Positions 18,694 to 28,505 of a stretch of DNA of 64,000 nucleotides are shown one piece after another (the stretch's first letter is position 1; the number at the start of each line of letters is the position of its first letter). Where the stretch lies: the NCBI GenBank assembly GCA_965198115.1, contig OZ240241.1:7808001-7872000 (forward strand). Direction: 5' to 3'. Both the position numbers and the translations under genes were made by a program. The DNA comes from Candidatus Latescibacterota bacterium (lineage in GTDB: Bacteria > Latescibacterota > UBA2968). Below the pieces are notes generated by a model. It saw only the letters and a list, made by a program, of their open reading frames with translations. It was not told the origin of the DNA and made no database searches.

Positions 18694-20113
18694 GGCTATA
18701 TCCGGATCTCTCAACGAGATGAAGTGGGTGAAGGTGCCGTGGTTCCTGGCATGGGGGCGCGGTTAGAGTGTGCGGAACCTCTTCGGAATCTGCTCAGGGA
18801 TGTTTATGTCTCCGACGGTAAGGAAGATCATATCGTTGAATGCGTCGAGTGTGCGGAATCCGCTGGCTCGGTTCTTGACGATTTGGACGATTCGGTTGAG
18901 GCCTTCGGCGATGGCGTTGGTAAGACGCGTGTTCACGAATGCGAGGACGCCGAAGAAGTGCTGTCGCAGGGTCCTGACGAACTTTCGCAGGGGTTCACGT
19001 CGACTTCTGAGTGCGGACGTCGTCCAGCATTTCAGGAAGCGTTCGGCAGCCCAGGGCGCTTTGTATTCCCAGAACTGCTCGAACTCGTCCTTGAGTCTCC
19101 AGGCTCTATAGATTCGGTAGTTCGCCTTCTCCAGTGCTTTGAGTGTCCGAGTATCCCCTCTGGAGCGTGTCGCTGAGTGCCGGTAGAGGAGCCATCGGAG
19201 GCCCTTCATGGCTTTGCGCTCATCCGGGGCAGCTTTACGCCACTGGTCCTTACGGACCTCGTCAACGGCGGCATTGAGAGCCTTGACGATGTGAAAGCGA
19301 TCGAGGACCAGCTTGGCATTCGGACAGTGTTCCTGGATGGCTCCGATGTAAGCTTCGCTCATGTCGCAGCAGGCCCACTCGATCTTGGATCTCCGGTAGG
19401 GACTGAGAGCCTCTGTGAAGAACCGATCGATCGTTTTACGCGCCCTGCCGCGGCCAACCCACACCACGCAGGAGCGGTCCAGATCGTAAACGAGCGTGGC
19501 GTACCTGTGACGCTTGGCGTAGGAGATCTCGTCGATCCCGATGGTTTTGAGCCCTCGGATACGATGACCTTCACGAAGCCGCGTGATGGATCGGTGAAGG
19601 AGATCCGACAGCGTCGAGGCAGAGATGCGCAGCAACTCGGACGCCGCCTTCTGCGTCATGGTCTGGCAGTAGCGCAGCATGGCATACTCGAAGCGATACG
19701 TCACCCGAGAGAACCGCTCCGCCCACGGAATCTCCTCGACCACACGACCGTGGGTAGGACACCGAATCTCCCGAGGATGGTAGAGAAGCCAGACCCTCCA
19801 CCCGCACACCGGAATGTCACGCCACCGACGCGGATGGGGCATTGTGCGGACGATTTTACCTCGACGGCCGCACTCCGGACAACAACAACCATTCTTATGT
19901 GGCTTTACGGCGATGACGAAGCAGCTTCTCCCCTCAAACCACCAGCTGACAACACGGAACCCCTTGAATCTCAGCAGTTTCGATAGTAATCTGCTCCCGG
20001 TCATAGGTCGCACCCCCTTCGCTTTGATTGTCCTACACACACAACCAAGCGTAGGGAACGATCTATGACCTTGTCATTCTATAGTTTCACCGTTGAGAAA
20101 CCCGGATAGAGCC
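18694..20113 (-). mobile_element. ISL3-family IS, copy 3
   Basis: Same IRs; 8-bp TSD AGAAAAAC (18686-18693, 20114-20121). Confidence 0.95.
18763..20040 (-). CDS. ISL3 transposase (intact)
   Basis: Identical to copy 1 except for the last residue. Confidence 0.95.
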   Translation of the reverse strand: MCRTIKAKGVRPMTGSRLLSKLLRFKGFRVVSWWFEGRSCFVIAVKPHKNGCCCPECGRRGKIVRTMPHPRRWRDIPVCGWRVWLLYHPREIRCPTHGRVVEEIPWAERFSRVTYRFEYAMLRYCQTMTQKAASELLRISASTLSDLLHRSITRLREGHRIRGLKTIGIDEISYAKRHRYATLVYDLDRSCVVWVGRGRARKTIDRFFTEALSPYRRSKIEWACCDMSEAYIGAIQEHCPNAKLVLDRFHIVKALNAAVDEVRKDQWRKAAPDERKAMKGLRWLLYRHSATRSRGDTRTLKALEKANYRIYRAWRLKDEFEQFWEYKAPWAAERFLKCWTTSALRSRREPLRKFVRTLRQHFFGVLAFVNTRLTNAIAEGLNRIVQIVKNRASGFRTLDAFNDMIFLTVGDINIPEQIPKRFRTL

Positions 20114-20367
20114 AGAAAAACGCCCCTCTCTGCCATCCTCAGAAAGGAGCGTGATACTGTCCTGTCTTTGGCGATCTGTTCGCAGCCGGAGGTACATCCT
20201 GAGCCCCTCGACTTCGCTCGGGATAAACTCCGTCGAAGGGCTGCTCCCACCGCAAGATCTTGGGAAGAGCATTACCACGCCCGCTCTCCCGTTCGCCCCG
20301 TCTCCCGCTCGTCCGTCTCTGTCTTCCGGCGTCTATCCTCCGAAGTAACGGGGTCACGAAGGAGGAT

Positions 20368-21283
20368 CTAAGGTAAGTCGGTACTCCCCATCAGGTATCG
20401 GTCAACTTCATGGGCGGCCTCGCGGCCCTCCTTGAAAGCCCACACGACCAGACTCATCCCTCGACGCACATCGCCGGCAACGAATAGACCTTCGACCTCC
20501 GTCGTGTATTGACCGACTTCGGCTTTGGCGTTCGATCGAGCGTCTCTCTCCAAATCGAACTCGTCGAGCAGTGTGTCCTCAGGGCCAAGCCATCCCATCG
20601 ACAGCAGGACAATATCGGCCGGCCATGCTTTCTCCGTTCCTTCCACTTCACGGAACGGTCTGCCATCTTCCTGGGGCTCCCACTCGACCTCGCGTGTATG
20701 TAGTTCTTTGACGTTTCCATTCCCGTCGTCAGAAAACTTGAATGTACTGAGCTTGTAAGTACGAGGATCGCCCCCGAACCGTGCCGCCACTTCTTCGTGG
20801 CCGTAGTCGATCTTCAGAATCCTCGGCATCTCGGGCCACGGATTCCCATCCGTCCGTGCCTCCGGCGGCGCGGGGATGATATCGAATTGGTTCAGAGATT
20901 TGCATCCGTGCCGCATGGACGTACCGAGACAGTCGGTGCCGGTATCTCCCTGGCCGAGTACGACCACGTCCTTGTCTTTAGCGGAGATATAGTTCCCGTC
21001 CCCGTGCTTCGAATCCAGAAGACTCCGGGTGTTCGCCTCCAGGAACTCGATCGCCTGGTAAACGCCCTTGAGATCGCGTCCCTCGACGGGAAGATCCCTT
21101 GGTTTAAGCGCGCCGATGCATAGCACGATCGCGTCGAAATCTTCCATCAGTTTCTTTCCCGGGATGTCCGTACCAATTTCGGTATTGAAGACGAAATCGA
21201 TCCCCTCCGCCGCCATGAGATCGATCCGACGCTGCACGGTCATCTTATCCAGCTTCATGTTCGGGATACCGTACATCAGCAGC
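20368..21283 (-). pseudogene. gltD: Glutamate synthase small subunit, 5'-truncated
   Basis: [43 protein letters not shown]. The N-terminal Fe-S domain is missing and the gene is cut about 30 bp from the 62-bp repeat. Confidence 0.85.
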
Positions 21284-21310
21284 AAACGAAGGACGGACGA
21301 CCTCGCGAAC

Positions 21311-21372
21311 AATTGACCCCATTTTCTGGAAAATCATGGACTACGAAGAACGGTTAACATATTGGTAAACAG
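21311..21372 (-). repeat. 62-bp repeat, inverted partner of 15029..15090
   Basis: AATTGACCCCATTTTCTGGAAAATCATGGACTACGAAGAACGGTTAACATATTGGTAAACAG. Confidence 0.9.
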
Positions 21373-22101
21373 TGGTATAAGGGCGTTTATTGTGATGTTC
21401 TTTGGGGTGGGAAACCGGGCACGAAAAAGCGGTGTTGTCCAGGTGGAAAAATTATTTCGCCAACGACCTGTCGCCAAAGTTATTTGTTCTGGGCGGCGTG
21501 GAGGGGGAAAGTTATTTTTCTTCGTAGCTCTGGCGTTTGGGTGCCGGGGGGGTGATCCGGTCGTCCCCCGCGCGATCGGAGAGACGGGGTCTGCCGCGAA
21601 GAACCTTGCGCGCATCGCGCATGCCTCCGTAAGGGCAACGGAATGGTGAGAACGAGTGCCAACCCAAAGAAAAGGAGACGCACATCGGGTCTGCCGATTG
21701 CCGTCCCAAAGGACGTGGCCTCGATCCGGCTGTTGATCGATACCGTTGCCCGGACGAACGAGTTGCCCCTTCCCGGTGTCGACTCTGTGCACGTCAGGAA
21801 AGCCCTCTTCGAGCGAGAGGACACCTGGCCACGAGGAAAGCGGGTGGAGGGCCTGGACCCGACGGCTCAGCAAACACGCCTCGAACCCGAATAGTAAAAA
21901 TAAAGAAGTAACATTTCATGAATCCGAATCCCCGAAATTAAATAAAAAGGAGCAACTATAAATGTCGAAAGTTTACGTTGTATTTCGTGAGAAGGTTGCT
22001 CTAGTGAAGAACCTCAGGTTATTGTTCGGGTGTCTACCCGAACACTTATCTCCGCTTCAACCCCCTTTAAACTTCTAACTAGCGTCTTCGTGTTGCCTAT
22101 C

Positions 22102-23067
22102 TCAGCTTCCCAACTCGTTCTCGACAGCCTGGATCATCGCGATGATGTAGCCGAATTGGAACGCCCAGCCCTGTCGAACGCGGCCTGACACGCCCTCGGG
22201 TGCCGCGTCATCGGGATGATGAGGGGCGTGATCGGGCATCAGCATATACGCGTAGCCTGCCTTGTGGAAAATCTTCGCCAGGTTGTGCATATCGACGTCC
22301 CCCTCGTCGGGCCAGACTTCGATGAAGTCGTGGAGCCCACCGCGGATATTACGGAAGTGGACGTTGAAGATTTTTTTCCTCTCAGCGAAATACTGAACGA
22401 TCTCAGGTAACTCTTCAGCCGGATTCTCCAGGCCCTCAGACGCGACGCCACAGCAGAAGTTGAAACCGTTGTAGTCGCTGTCGACCAATTCGGTGTATCG
22501 TTTGAGCCCCTCGAAAACCGGCCAGTTCCATCGATCCACACCCCTCAGGACCGGCGCCGGCGGATCATTCAGGTGACACGCCATCTGAATGCCGTTTTCC
22601 TCAGCCACGGGAATGATGCGCTCGAGGAAGTAGCCCACGCGATCGAATGCTTCGTCTCGGCTAACGACACCCGCTTCCGATAGGGTCTTGTTGTCGTACT
22701 TGTCGAGTTCGAAGGAACTGTATCCCGATCCACCGCGTCCAAACCGTTGTTCTGTCCGTTGATGGGGCAGAATGCAGAAGCCGTAGTTCAGCCCCCGCAG
22801 CCCCGCCTTGTTCGCGTTTTCGATCCCCTTACAGAACGCATCGATGTCTCGATCCCGCTGCGGGTCTTGAGCGAGCGTGATGCTCGGCGGGGTACCGATG
22901 TGAATCATCTCCAGTTCAATCCCCTCCGCAGCGGCCTCCTCGCGCTGCCGGATCAATCCATCGAGATCCGCTGCGCTTGCCGTCCCATCCATGTGTGTCA
23001 CTCCGTGACGCCTCAGAAACTGCAATTCGTGTTTCGAAGTTCCGATTCCCTGCACGCCGACGTACAT
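22102..23067 (-). CDS. Mannonate dehydratase (UxuA)-like protein
   Basis: FLERIIPVAEE, MACHLNDPP, GFNFCCG, NVHFRNI, PDEGDVDM, MLMPDH. Confidence 0.8.
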   Translation of the reverse strand: MYVGVQGIGTSKHELQFLRRHGVTHMDGTASAADLDGLIRQREEAAAEGIELEMIHIGTPPSITLAQDPQRDRDIDAFCKGIENANKAGLRGLNYGFCILPHQRTEQRFGRGGSGYSSFELDKYDNKTLSEAGVVSRDEAFDRVGYFLERIIPVAEENGIQMACHLNDPPAPVLRGVDRWNWPVFEGLKRYTELVDSDYNGFNFCCGVASEGLENPAEELPEIVQYFAERKKIFNVHFRNIRGGLHDFIEVWPDEGDVDMHNLAKIFHKAGYAYMLMPDHAPHHPDDAAPEGVSGRVRQGWAFQFGYIIAMIQAVENELGS

Positions 23068-23177
23068 GGTCTATCTCCTTGTGGGGCTAATCACGATCGG
23101 TATGTTGTGGTCCCGAACACCGGGCGTATTGCCATACGCCCCTACGACCACGGTTTCCCCTTCTGCCTTCTCACTGT

Positions 23178-24149
23178 TCACTTCTCACTCGCTTCATTCG
23201 TCACCGCTTGAATCATCGCCTTGATGTAGCCTATCTCGAACGCAAAGGCTTGCTTCACCTTGCCCGACGACCACTCCGGAGCCTGGTCATCGGGGTGGTA
23301 GGGCGCGTGGTCGGGCATCAGCATGTGGGGATAGCCTGTTCGCTGGAAGACTCTCGCCAGCACGTGCATATCGACGTCACCCTCATCTGGCCACACCTCC
23401 ATGAAATCGTGGAGACCGCCCCTGATATTCCGAAAGTGCACGTTGAAAATCTTCTTGTTCGCCGAGAAGTACTCCACGATCGGGGGCAGCTCCCTGGCGG
23501 GATCTTCGAGCCCTTCCGCAGCCGTACCGCAGCAGAAGTTGAATCCGTGATACGGGCTGTCCTTGAGTTCGATGAAACGCTTGAGTCCTTCGAACACGGG
23601 CCAGTTCCATCGGTCCTCGCCGCGCAGGATCGGAGCGGGCGGATCGGGCAGGTGGCACGCCATCTGAACCTTGTATTCCTCCGCCACGGGTATCACGCGG
23701 TCCAACCAGTACTGGAGGCGGGCGAAGCCCTCATCACGGTTGATACGACCCGCCTTGTGAGGCTCATCGTTATCGTACTTATCAAACTCGAAAGAGCTGA
23801 ACTGTGACCCACCGCGGCCGAATCGCGGCTTCGTGCGCTGATAGCCCACAGCCGTGAAGTTGTAGTTCAGTCCTCTCAGTCCGGCTTTCCCTGCGTTTTC
23901 GATCCAGCCACAGACAGTGTCGATGTCCTGATCGCGCTCAGGGGCCGCCAGCGGAATGCTATCTGAAGGAAAGATGTGGATCATCTCGAGCGAAACACCT
24001 TCCGCCTCGGCTTCCTCACGCTGCTTGACGATCAGATCGAGATCGTCCGGATCGATCTGCGTATCCATGTTGTTGACCCCGTGACGCGTGAGGAACTGCA
24101 GCTCCTTTTTCGAGGTCCCGATGCCCTGACAACCCACATACATAGCCAT
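23178..24149 (-). CDS. Mannonate dehydratase (UxuA)-like protein, tandem paralogue
   Basis: Same motifs; clearly homologous to 22102..23067. Confidence 0.8.
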   Translation of the reverse strand: MAMYVGCQGIGTSKKELQFLTRHGVNNMDTQIDPDDLDLIVKQREEAEAEGVSLEMIHIFPSDSIPLAAPERDQDIDTVCGWIENAGKAGLRGLNYNFTAVGYQRTKPRFGRGGSQFSSFEFDKYDNDEPHKAGRINRDEGFARLQYWLDRVIPVAEEYKVQMACHLPDPPAPILRGEDRWNWPVFEGLKRFIELKDSPYHGFNFCCGTAAEGLEDPARELPPIVEYFSANKKIFNVHFRNIRGGLHDFMEVWPDEGDVDMHVLARVFQRTGYPHMLMPDHAPYHPDDQAPEWSSGKVKQAFAFEIGYIKAMIQAVTNEASEK

Positions 24150-24272
24150 CTCCTTTAACCTTGGGGGGTCGGGTCGGTGAAGACCCGCTGGGTTGATGGC
24201 AAATTAGAGCACATCCTCCAGCTTTCAAAGCGCGTACGGTGAGGACCCTTCGCCGCTTTTCTTCAGCCAGCC

Positions 24273-24300
24273 TTGACTCCATTCACTACTCAGGTATATT
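24273..24300 (+). promoter_or_regulatory. Sigma70-like promoter for the ankyrin gene
   Basis: TTGACT (24273-24278) - N16 - TATATT (24295-24300). Confidence 0.55.
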
Positions 24301-24305
24301 AGCGC

Positions 24306-24430
24306 CTGGTGTGAAGGACGCCCCCTGTCCGCGGAAAGGGACCGAGTCCCACCTTCCCTCTTGCACGATAGACATCACAGTCTTCTTTCGGCCCGCCTGC
24401 GGACATCGGGCATACGATTCACGAAAGGAG
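24306..24430 (+). ncRNA. Candidate structured cis-regulatory leader RNA (loop-loop pseudoknot)
   Basis: TGTCCGCGG (24326-24334) is complementary to CTGCGGACA (24397-24405), which lies in the loop of the GCCCG/CGGGC hairpin (24391-24411). Further stems: GAAGG/CCTTC, GGGAC/GTCCC, AGAC/GTCT. The leader ends at the AAGGAG RBS. Confidence 0.45.
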
Positions 24431-24436
24431 ATTGTC

Positions 24437-25846
24437 GTGGCTACACGATCCTTCCCGCAGTCGCTTCCCGCTTCACCGTCTCTGTCCCAGCTCAAGCTCC
24501 AGGCAAAGGAACTCCGGACAGGCTACAAGTCCGGCAATGTGGATGCCGTCGCACGCGCTAAAGCGTCGCATCCGAAGCCGGATCGGTTGAACGGATCGGG
24601 TCTTTCCCAGGCCGACGCCCTGCTCGTGACCGCTCGAGAGTACGGCTTTTCCAGCTGGCCCCGTCTCAAGAGGCACGTCGAGGACTACGAGGGCGTCGAG
24701 GCCGACATCCGGGACCTTCGTGAGCAGTGGGCAAACGGTGATGAAGCATCGCGAACAGAGCTGATGGGCGGCCATCATAGCCTTCACCGTTTCGAGAACC
24801 TAGATCCATCCTCACCCGAGCTTTCCGACAGAGACGCGCGCATCCTGCTCTCCAACAAGCGCGGCTACGCCCACTGGGTGAAGTACGACAACTATCTCCA
24901 CCTCGACCCGGGCGTGCGTGACGTCATCGAAGCAATCCAGCGGAACGATCTCGAGGGTCTCAAGGCTGCGCTCAACGCCGATCCTGATGGGGCCAATCCT
25001 CACTACGTCCACGGTTACGTACCGAGCGACCCTGACTTCACGAGCTACATCAACGACTCAATCCCTCTATTCGAAGTGTCTGAGAACGTCTTCAACGGCA
25101 CCATCCCCGTTGGGACGAACGAAACCGCGATGGTCGAAGCGCTGCTCGCAGCCGGCGCCGACCCCGAATACGACCACGGCCATCCGATGACGGCGGCTGT
25201 CGGCTATCACGCAATTCACGTGACAAGGGCGCTGCTCGAGGGAGGAGCCAAAGTCGATGGTCCCTACGGCCACGGATGCCCGATGGCATTCGCGCTCCAC
25301 TTCGGCTACACCGAAATGCAGCAACTGCTCATCGACCGCGGCGCCAGACTCGACCTTCGCTTTGCCGCCGGTATCGGCGACCTCGACCGAGTCAAATCCT
25401 TCATCAACGATGACGGTAGCCTGAAGCCAGATGCGGGCATCCAGGCAGATCCCTACACGCGCAGCGAATCTCCCGACGATCCAGAGCGCTACCGGATGGA
25501 ACGCACACGCGAGAACATCCTCCATCAGGCATTCTACTTCGCCTGCCGCTCGGACCATCTTGAAGTGGCCGAGTATCTACTGTCATTCGACATCGATCTC
25601 AACACCTACGTACCGGGCTTGGATCAGAGTGCGCCCGTCATCCACTGGTGTGCGGGAATGGGCAGCTCAGCCGGCGCGACGAAGGTGCACCAGAGCCTCG
25701 AGCCCAGAATCCTCGCACGCGTGTTCTTCCTGTTGGAAAACGGAGCGGACCCCAATGTCGAGGAACGGCGTGGCCGCCGTGCGCTCGCGTGGGCCGCGAC
25801 AGATGCCGTTAAGGACCTGTTGAAGCAGCACGGAGCCGAGGAATAG
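24437..25846 (+). CDS. Ankyrin-repeat protein with N-terminal LPxxPSLxQLKxQAKEL / AREYGFxSW helical domain
   Basis: GTG start after AAGGAG; ankyrin-like LLAAGADP, LLEGGAKVD, LLENGADPN..RGRRALAWA. Confidence 0.8.
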   Translation: MATRSFPQSLPASPSLSQLKLQAKELRTGYKSGNVDAVARAKASHPKPDRLNGSGLSQADALLVTAREYGFSSWPRLKRHVEDYEGVEADIRDLREQWANGDEASRTELMGGHHSLHRFENLDPSSPELSDRDARILLSNKRGYAHWVKYDNYLHLDPGVRDVIEAIQRNDLEGLKAALNADPDGANPHYVHGYVPSDPDFTSYINDSIPLFEVSENVFNGTIPVGTNETAMVEALLAAGADPEYDHGHPMTAAVGYHAIHVTRALLEGGAKVDGPYGHGCPMAFALHFGYTEMQQLLIDRGARLDLRFAAGIGDLDRVKSFINDDGSLKPDAGIQADPYTRSESPDDPERYRMERTRENILHQAFYFACRSDHLEVAEYLLSFDIDLNTYVPGLDQSAPVIHWCAGMGSSAGATKVHQSLEPRILARVFFLLENGADPNVEERRGRRALAWAATDAVKDLLKQHGAEE

Positions 25847-26017
25847 ACATAGCTTGTGGCGCATGGCTTGATCAGCCGAGCGGATCCGGCGTCAAAGACG
25901 ATCGATGTGACGCAATGCCTTGAATTGGGCCGTCTACAAATGAGCTGGATGAGATCGTCTCTTTGATCGAAACAAGGACAGCGCAATCCTGACACGATTA
26001 AACGAAGGAGTACCACA

Positions 26018-26413
26018 ATGGCAGCGACCTTCACCCGAGCCGCCCCCTACAAAGACGACGTAATGAACCTTCCTGTCGAGAACGTGGAAGAAGCCATCCC
26101 TTACTACGAGAAGATCATGGGATTCTCACTCGTCTCCCGATCGAAGGACCCACACGCCTCGGCGGTCCTCGAGCGAGACGACATCTAGATCGGCCTCGCC
26201 GAAAACGGCGGCGACTCGACGCAGGAAGGCGCGTTCTTCGAGGTGGATGATGTGGAAGCCGCCTTCGAGGAGCTTCAGTCGAATGGACTGGGCAAGGATG
26301 AGGCGGGTTATCGCGTCGACCAGCACGGCGAGAAATCGTATCGCGTGTTCTTCATCATCGCTCCGGATCAACTCTGCTACTGCGTGGGCGAAGATGTGAC
26401 GGGCAGCGAGTGA
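26018..26413 (+). pseudogene. VOC/glyoxalase-family protein with internal TAG (26186-26188)
   Basis: MAATFTRAAPY..LPVENVEEAIPYYEKIMGF..ERDDI*IGLAENGGD..FFEVDDVEAAFEEL..APDQLCYCVG; AAGGAG RBS. Absent from the ORF track because of the stop. Confidence 0.8.
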
Positions 26414-26892
26414 ATCGACGCGAGGCACTCAAACGAATGGGAACGGTCGTTCTCGCGGTTCCGTTAACACACACGCCTCTTTTGAGCGACAACCACCAGA
26501 GTGGAAAGGGAGTACCGATGCCGGATGTAGGAATGTTCGCAGCAGAGCCCGTCCTGATCGTTCCGGACGTCGAGAAAGCAGCAGAGTATTACCGCGATGT
26601 GCTTGGATTCGAAATCACCCTGATCTGGGGTGACTCCAAATCGAGTCCTGCCACGCACGCCGTGGTCCGCCGCGGCATCTCGATCCAATTCGACAATCGA
26701 CACGCGAACGAGGCGCAGCCTTCAGGATGGACCTACATCCGACTGTCACAAAACCTGGATGGTCTCTATGAAGAATACAAGGCCAGCGGTGCGAACATCG
26801 TCGCGGAAATCGAAGAACGGCCGTGGGGAAAGAGAGAGTTCGACATCGAGGATCTCAACGGATATCGGATTCGCTTCTCCGTCGACGCATAG
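26410..26892 (+). CDS. VOC/glyoxalase/bleomycin-resistance protein, possible Tat signal (alternative start 26518)
   Basis: PVLIVPDVEKAAEYYRDVLGF, RPWGKREFDIEDLNGYRIRF; N-terminal NRREAL. Confidence 0.85.
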   Translation: MNRREALKRMGTVVLAVPLTHTPLLSDNHQSGKGVPMPDVGMFAAEPVLIVPDVEKAAEYYRDVLGFEITLIWGDSKSSPATHAVVRRGISIQFDNRHANEAQPSGWTYIRLSQNLDGLYEEYKASGANIVAEIEERPWGKREFDIEDLNGYRIRFSVDA

Positions 26893-26913
26893 GGCCAACA
26901 GTTGGCAGGACAC

Positions 26914-26951
26914 AAAAGGGCGACCGTCAAATAGGCGGTCGCCCTTCTTTC
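26914..26951 (+). terminator. Rho-independent terminator
   Basis: AAGGGCGACCG/CGGTCGCCCTT stem followed by CTTT. Confidence 0.7.
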
Positions 26952-26973
26952 CCCGACTCTCGCGGAAAGACCC

Positions 26974-27087
26974 TTGTCATCCCAGCAGAGCCTGCCCCGG
27001 TGTGCATCTGGGCCGGGGCTTCAGGCCAGGATCCATTCTGTTGTGTGGAAGTCAAGATGGACCCCGGCCAAGCGTACCGGGGTGACA
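26974..27087. repeat. REP-like palindromic element (GTCATCCC...GGATCC...GGACCCCGG...CCGGGGTGAC)
   Basis: Nested inverted repeats between convergent genes. Confidence 0.5.
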
Positions 27088-27115
27088 TTGTTCATTTTGT
27101 TCCCATGAAGTGAAT

Positions 27116-28407
27116 TCAACTCGGTTGCGACGTCTGTTGCGACCGGCACTCTGCCTTCCACGCGAGATGGGTTTCGCGCATGGCCCGAACCTGATCCGAA
27201 CGGGCGTCGAGCAGATTTTCCTTTTCATCCGGATCGCTCGCCAGATCGAAAAGACCATCCGGTTGCTCATCCGTCATATGAACTTTAAGTCGCCATCTCG
27301 GAAGGCGTCCTCTTTCCTGTACGTCCAGTGCATCGGCCGTTCCCCGCGTTCTTCGCGCCCTTCGAACAGCGGCCACACATCCCGTGCATCCATCACTCGA
27401 TCCGAAGGGACAGACGCACCGGCCAAGGCAGCGAACGTCGCGTAGAGGTCGTAGTGAATCCAGGGCACGGTCGATCGTGTGCCCTGTGGAATGCGCCCAG
27501 GCCACACGGCGTTGCAGGCAACCTTGAGGCCCCGTTCCCACAGCGTTCGACCATAGTCGTTCGTCCGGGAACCGCCCTGATCACTCAAGAAAACGACTAA
27601 CGTGTTGTCCCTGAGACCCTGCGCCTCGACTTCATCCAGCACGCGACCCACACACAGATCCAGATATTCGATCATAAACCGATAGTTCGTATCGGGATCG
27701 TTGCTGTGGTAGTATCCCGGCGGTGCTTGATAGGGTCCGTGTGGGGCGTAGAACGCCAGGTTCAGATAGAACGGATTGTCGTCGCTTTTCCTTCGACGGA
27801 GGTAGTCGATCGCCTCATTCGTGAACAGCGTGTCAAAGTATCCCTGATCCTCCACCGGTTCTCTGCCCCGAAAGAAGTGGCTCTTCATATCCTTGTTGTA
27901 AAGGTGCGTGTAGTAGTCGGCGTGCCCCGCGTTGCTGCCGTAAAACTCATCGAACCCGTGATTCAGTGGATTGAATTTCTCGTCGTAGCCGAGGTTCCAC
28001 TTCCCGAACAGCGCTGTGTCGTAGCCCATGCCCTTCAACAGTCGCGCGATCGTTATCTCGTCGAGCGAGAGACCGTGTTCAGGCTCGGTGGGATTCGGTT
28101 GGCGGTTGATCCCTACACGAAACGGGTGGCGCCCCGTGTTCCAACCACAACGCGCGGGCGCACAAAGCGGCGTGGCGATCAGACAGTTTTCGAACACGAC
28201 CCCGCCCCGGGCCATCGCGTTCATCCGCGGTGTCTCGAACACAGGATCGCCATAGTAGTCGACCGCCTCGCGCCCCATGTTGTCAGCAACCATGAAGATG
28301 ATATTCGGTCGTGAGCCTTGCATGAGCTGCCCCCACACGTCGAACTGAGATATTGCCACCGATGACGCAGCTGCTCCCAGCTGTCTGAGAGCCCCCCGCC
28401 TATTCAC
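27116..28407 (-). pseudogene. Arylsulfatase-like sulfatase with Tat signal, frameshifted near 27280
   Basis: MNRRGAL, RPNIIFMVADN, CAPAR (CxPxR), GKWNLG. The C-terminus (GLFDLASDPDEKENL) lies in another frame. Confidence 0.85.
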
Positions 28408-28505
28408 CTTGGGCCAACAGAAGTAGGTAAGCGTCGTCCACAGGAGGCCGCCCTCTGCCCCTTGTGTGAGGCGCCTGCCCTGAGCGCAGCCGAAGGGTGG
28501 TTTCC

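Noticed and set aside
21334-21961. ORFs in the 21.3-22 kb gap
   Set aside because: Overlapping ORFs on both strands with no motifs or convincing RBS.
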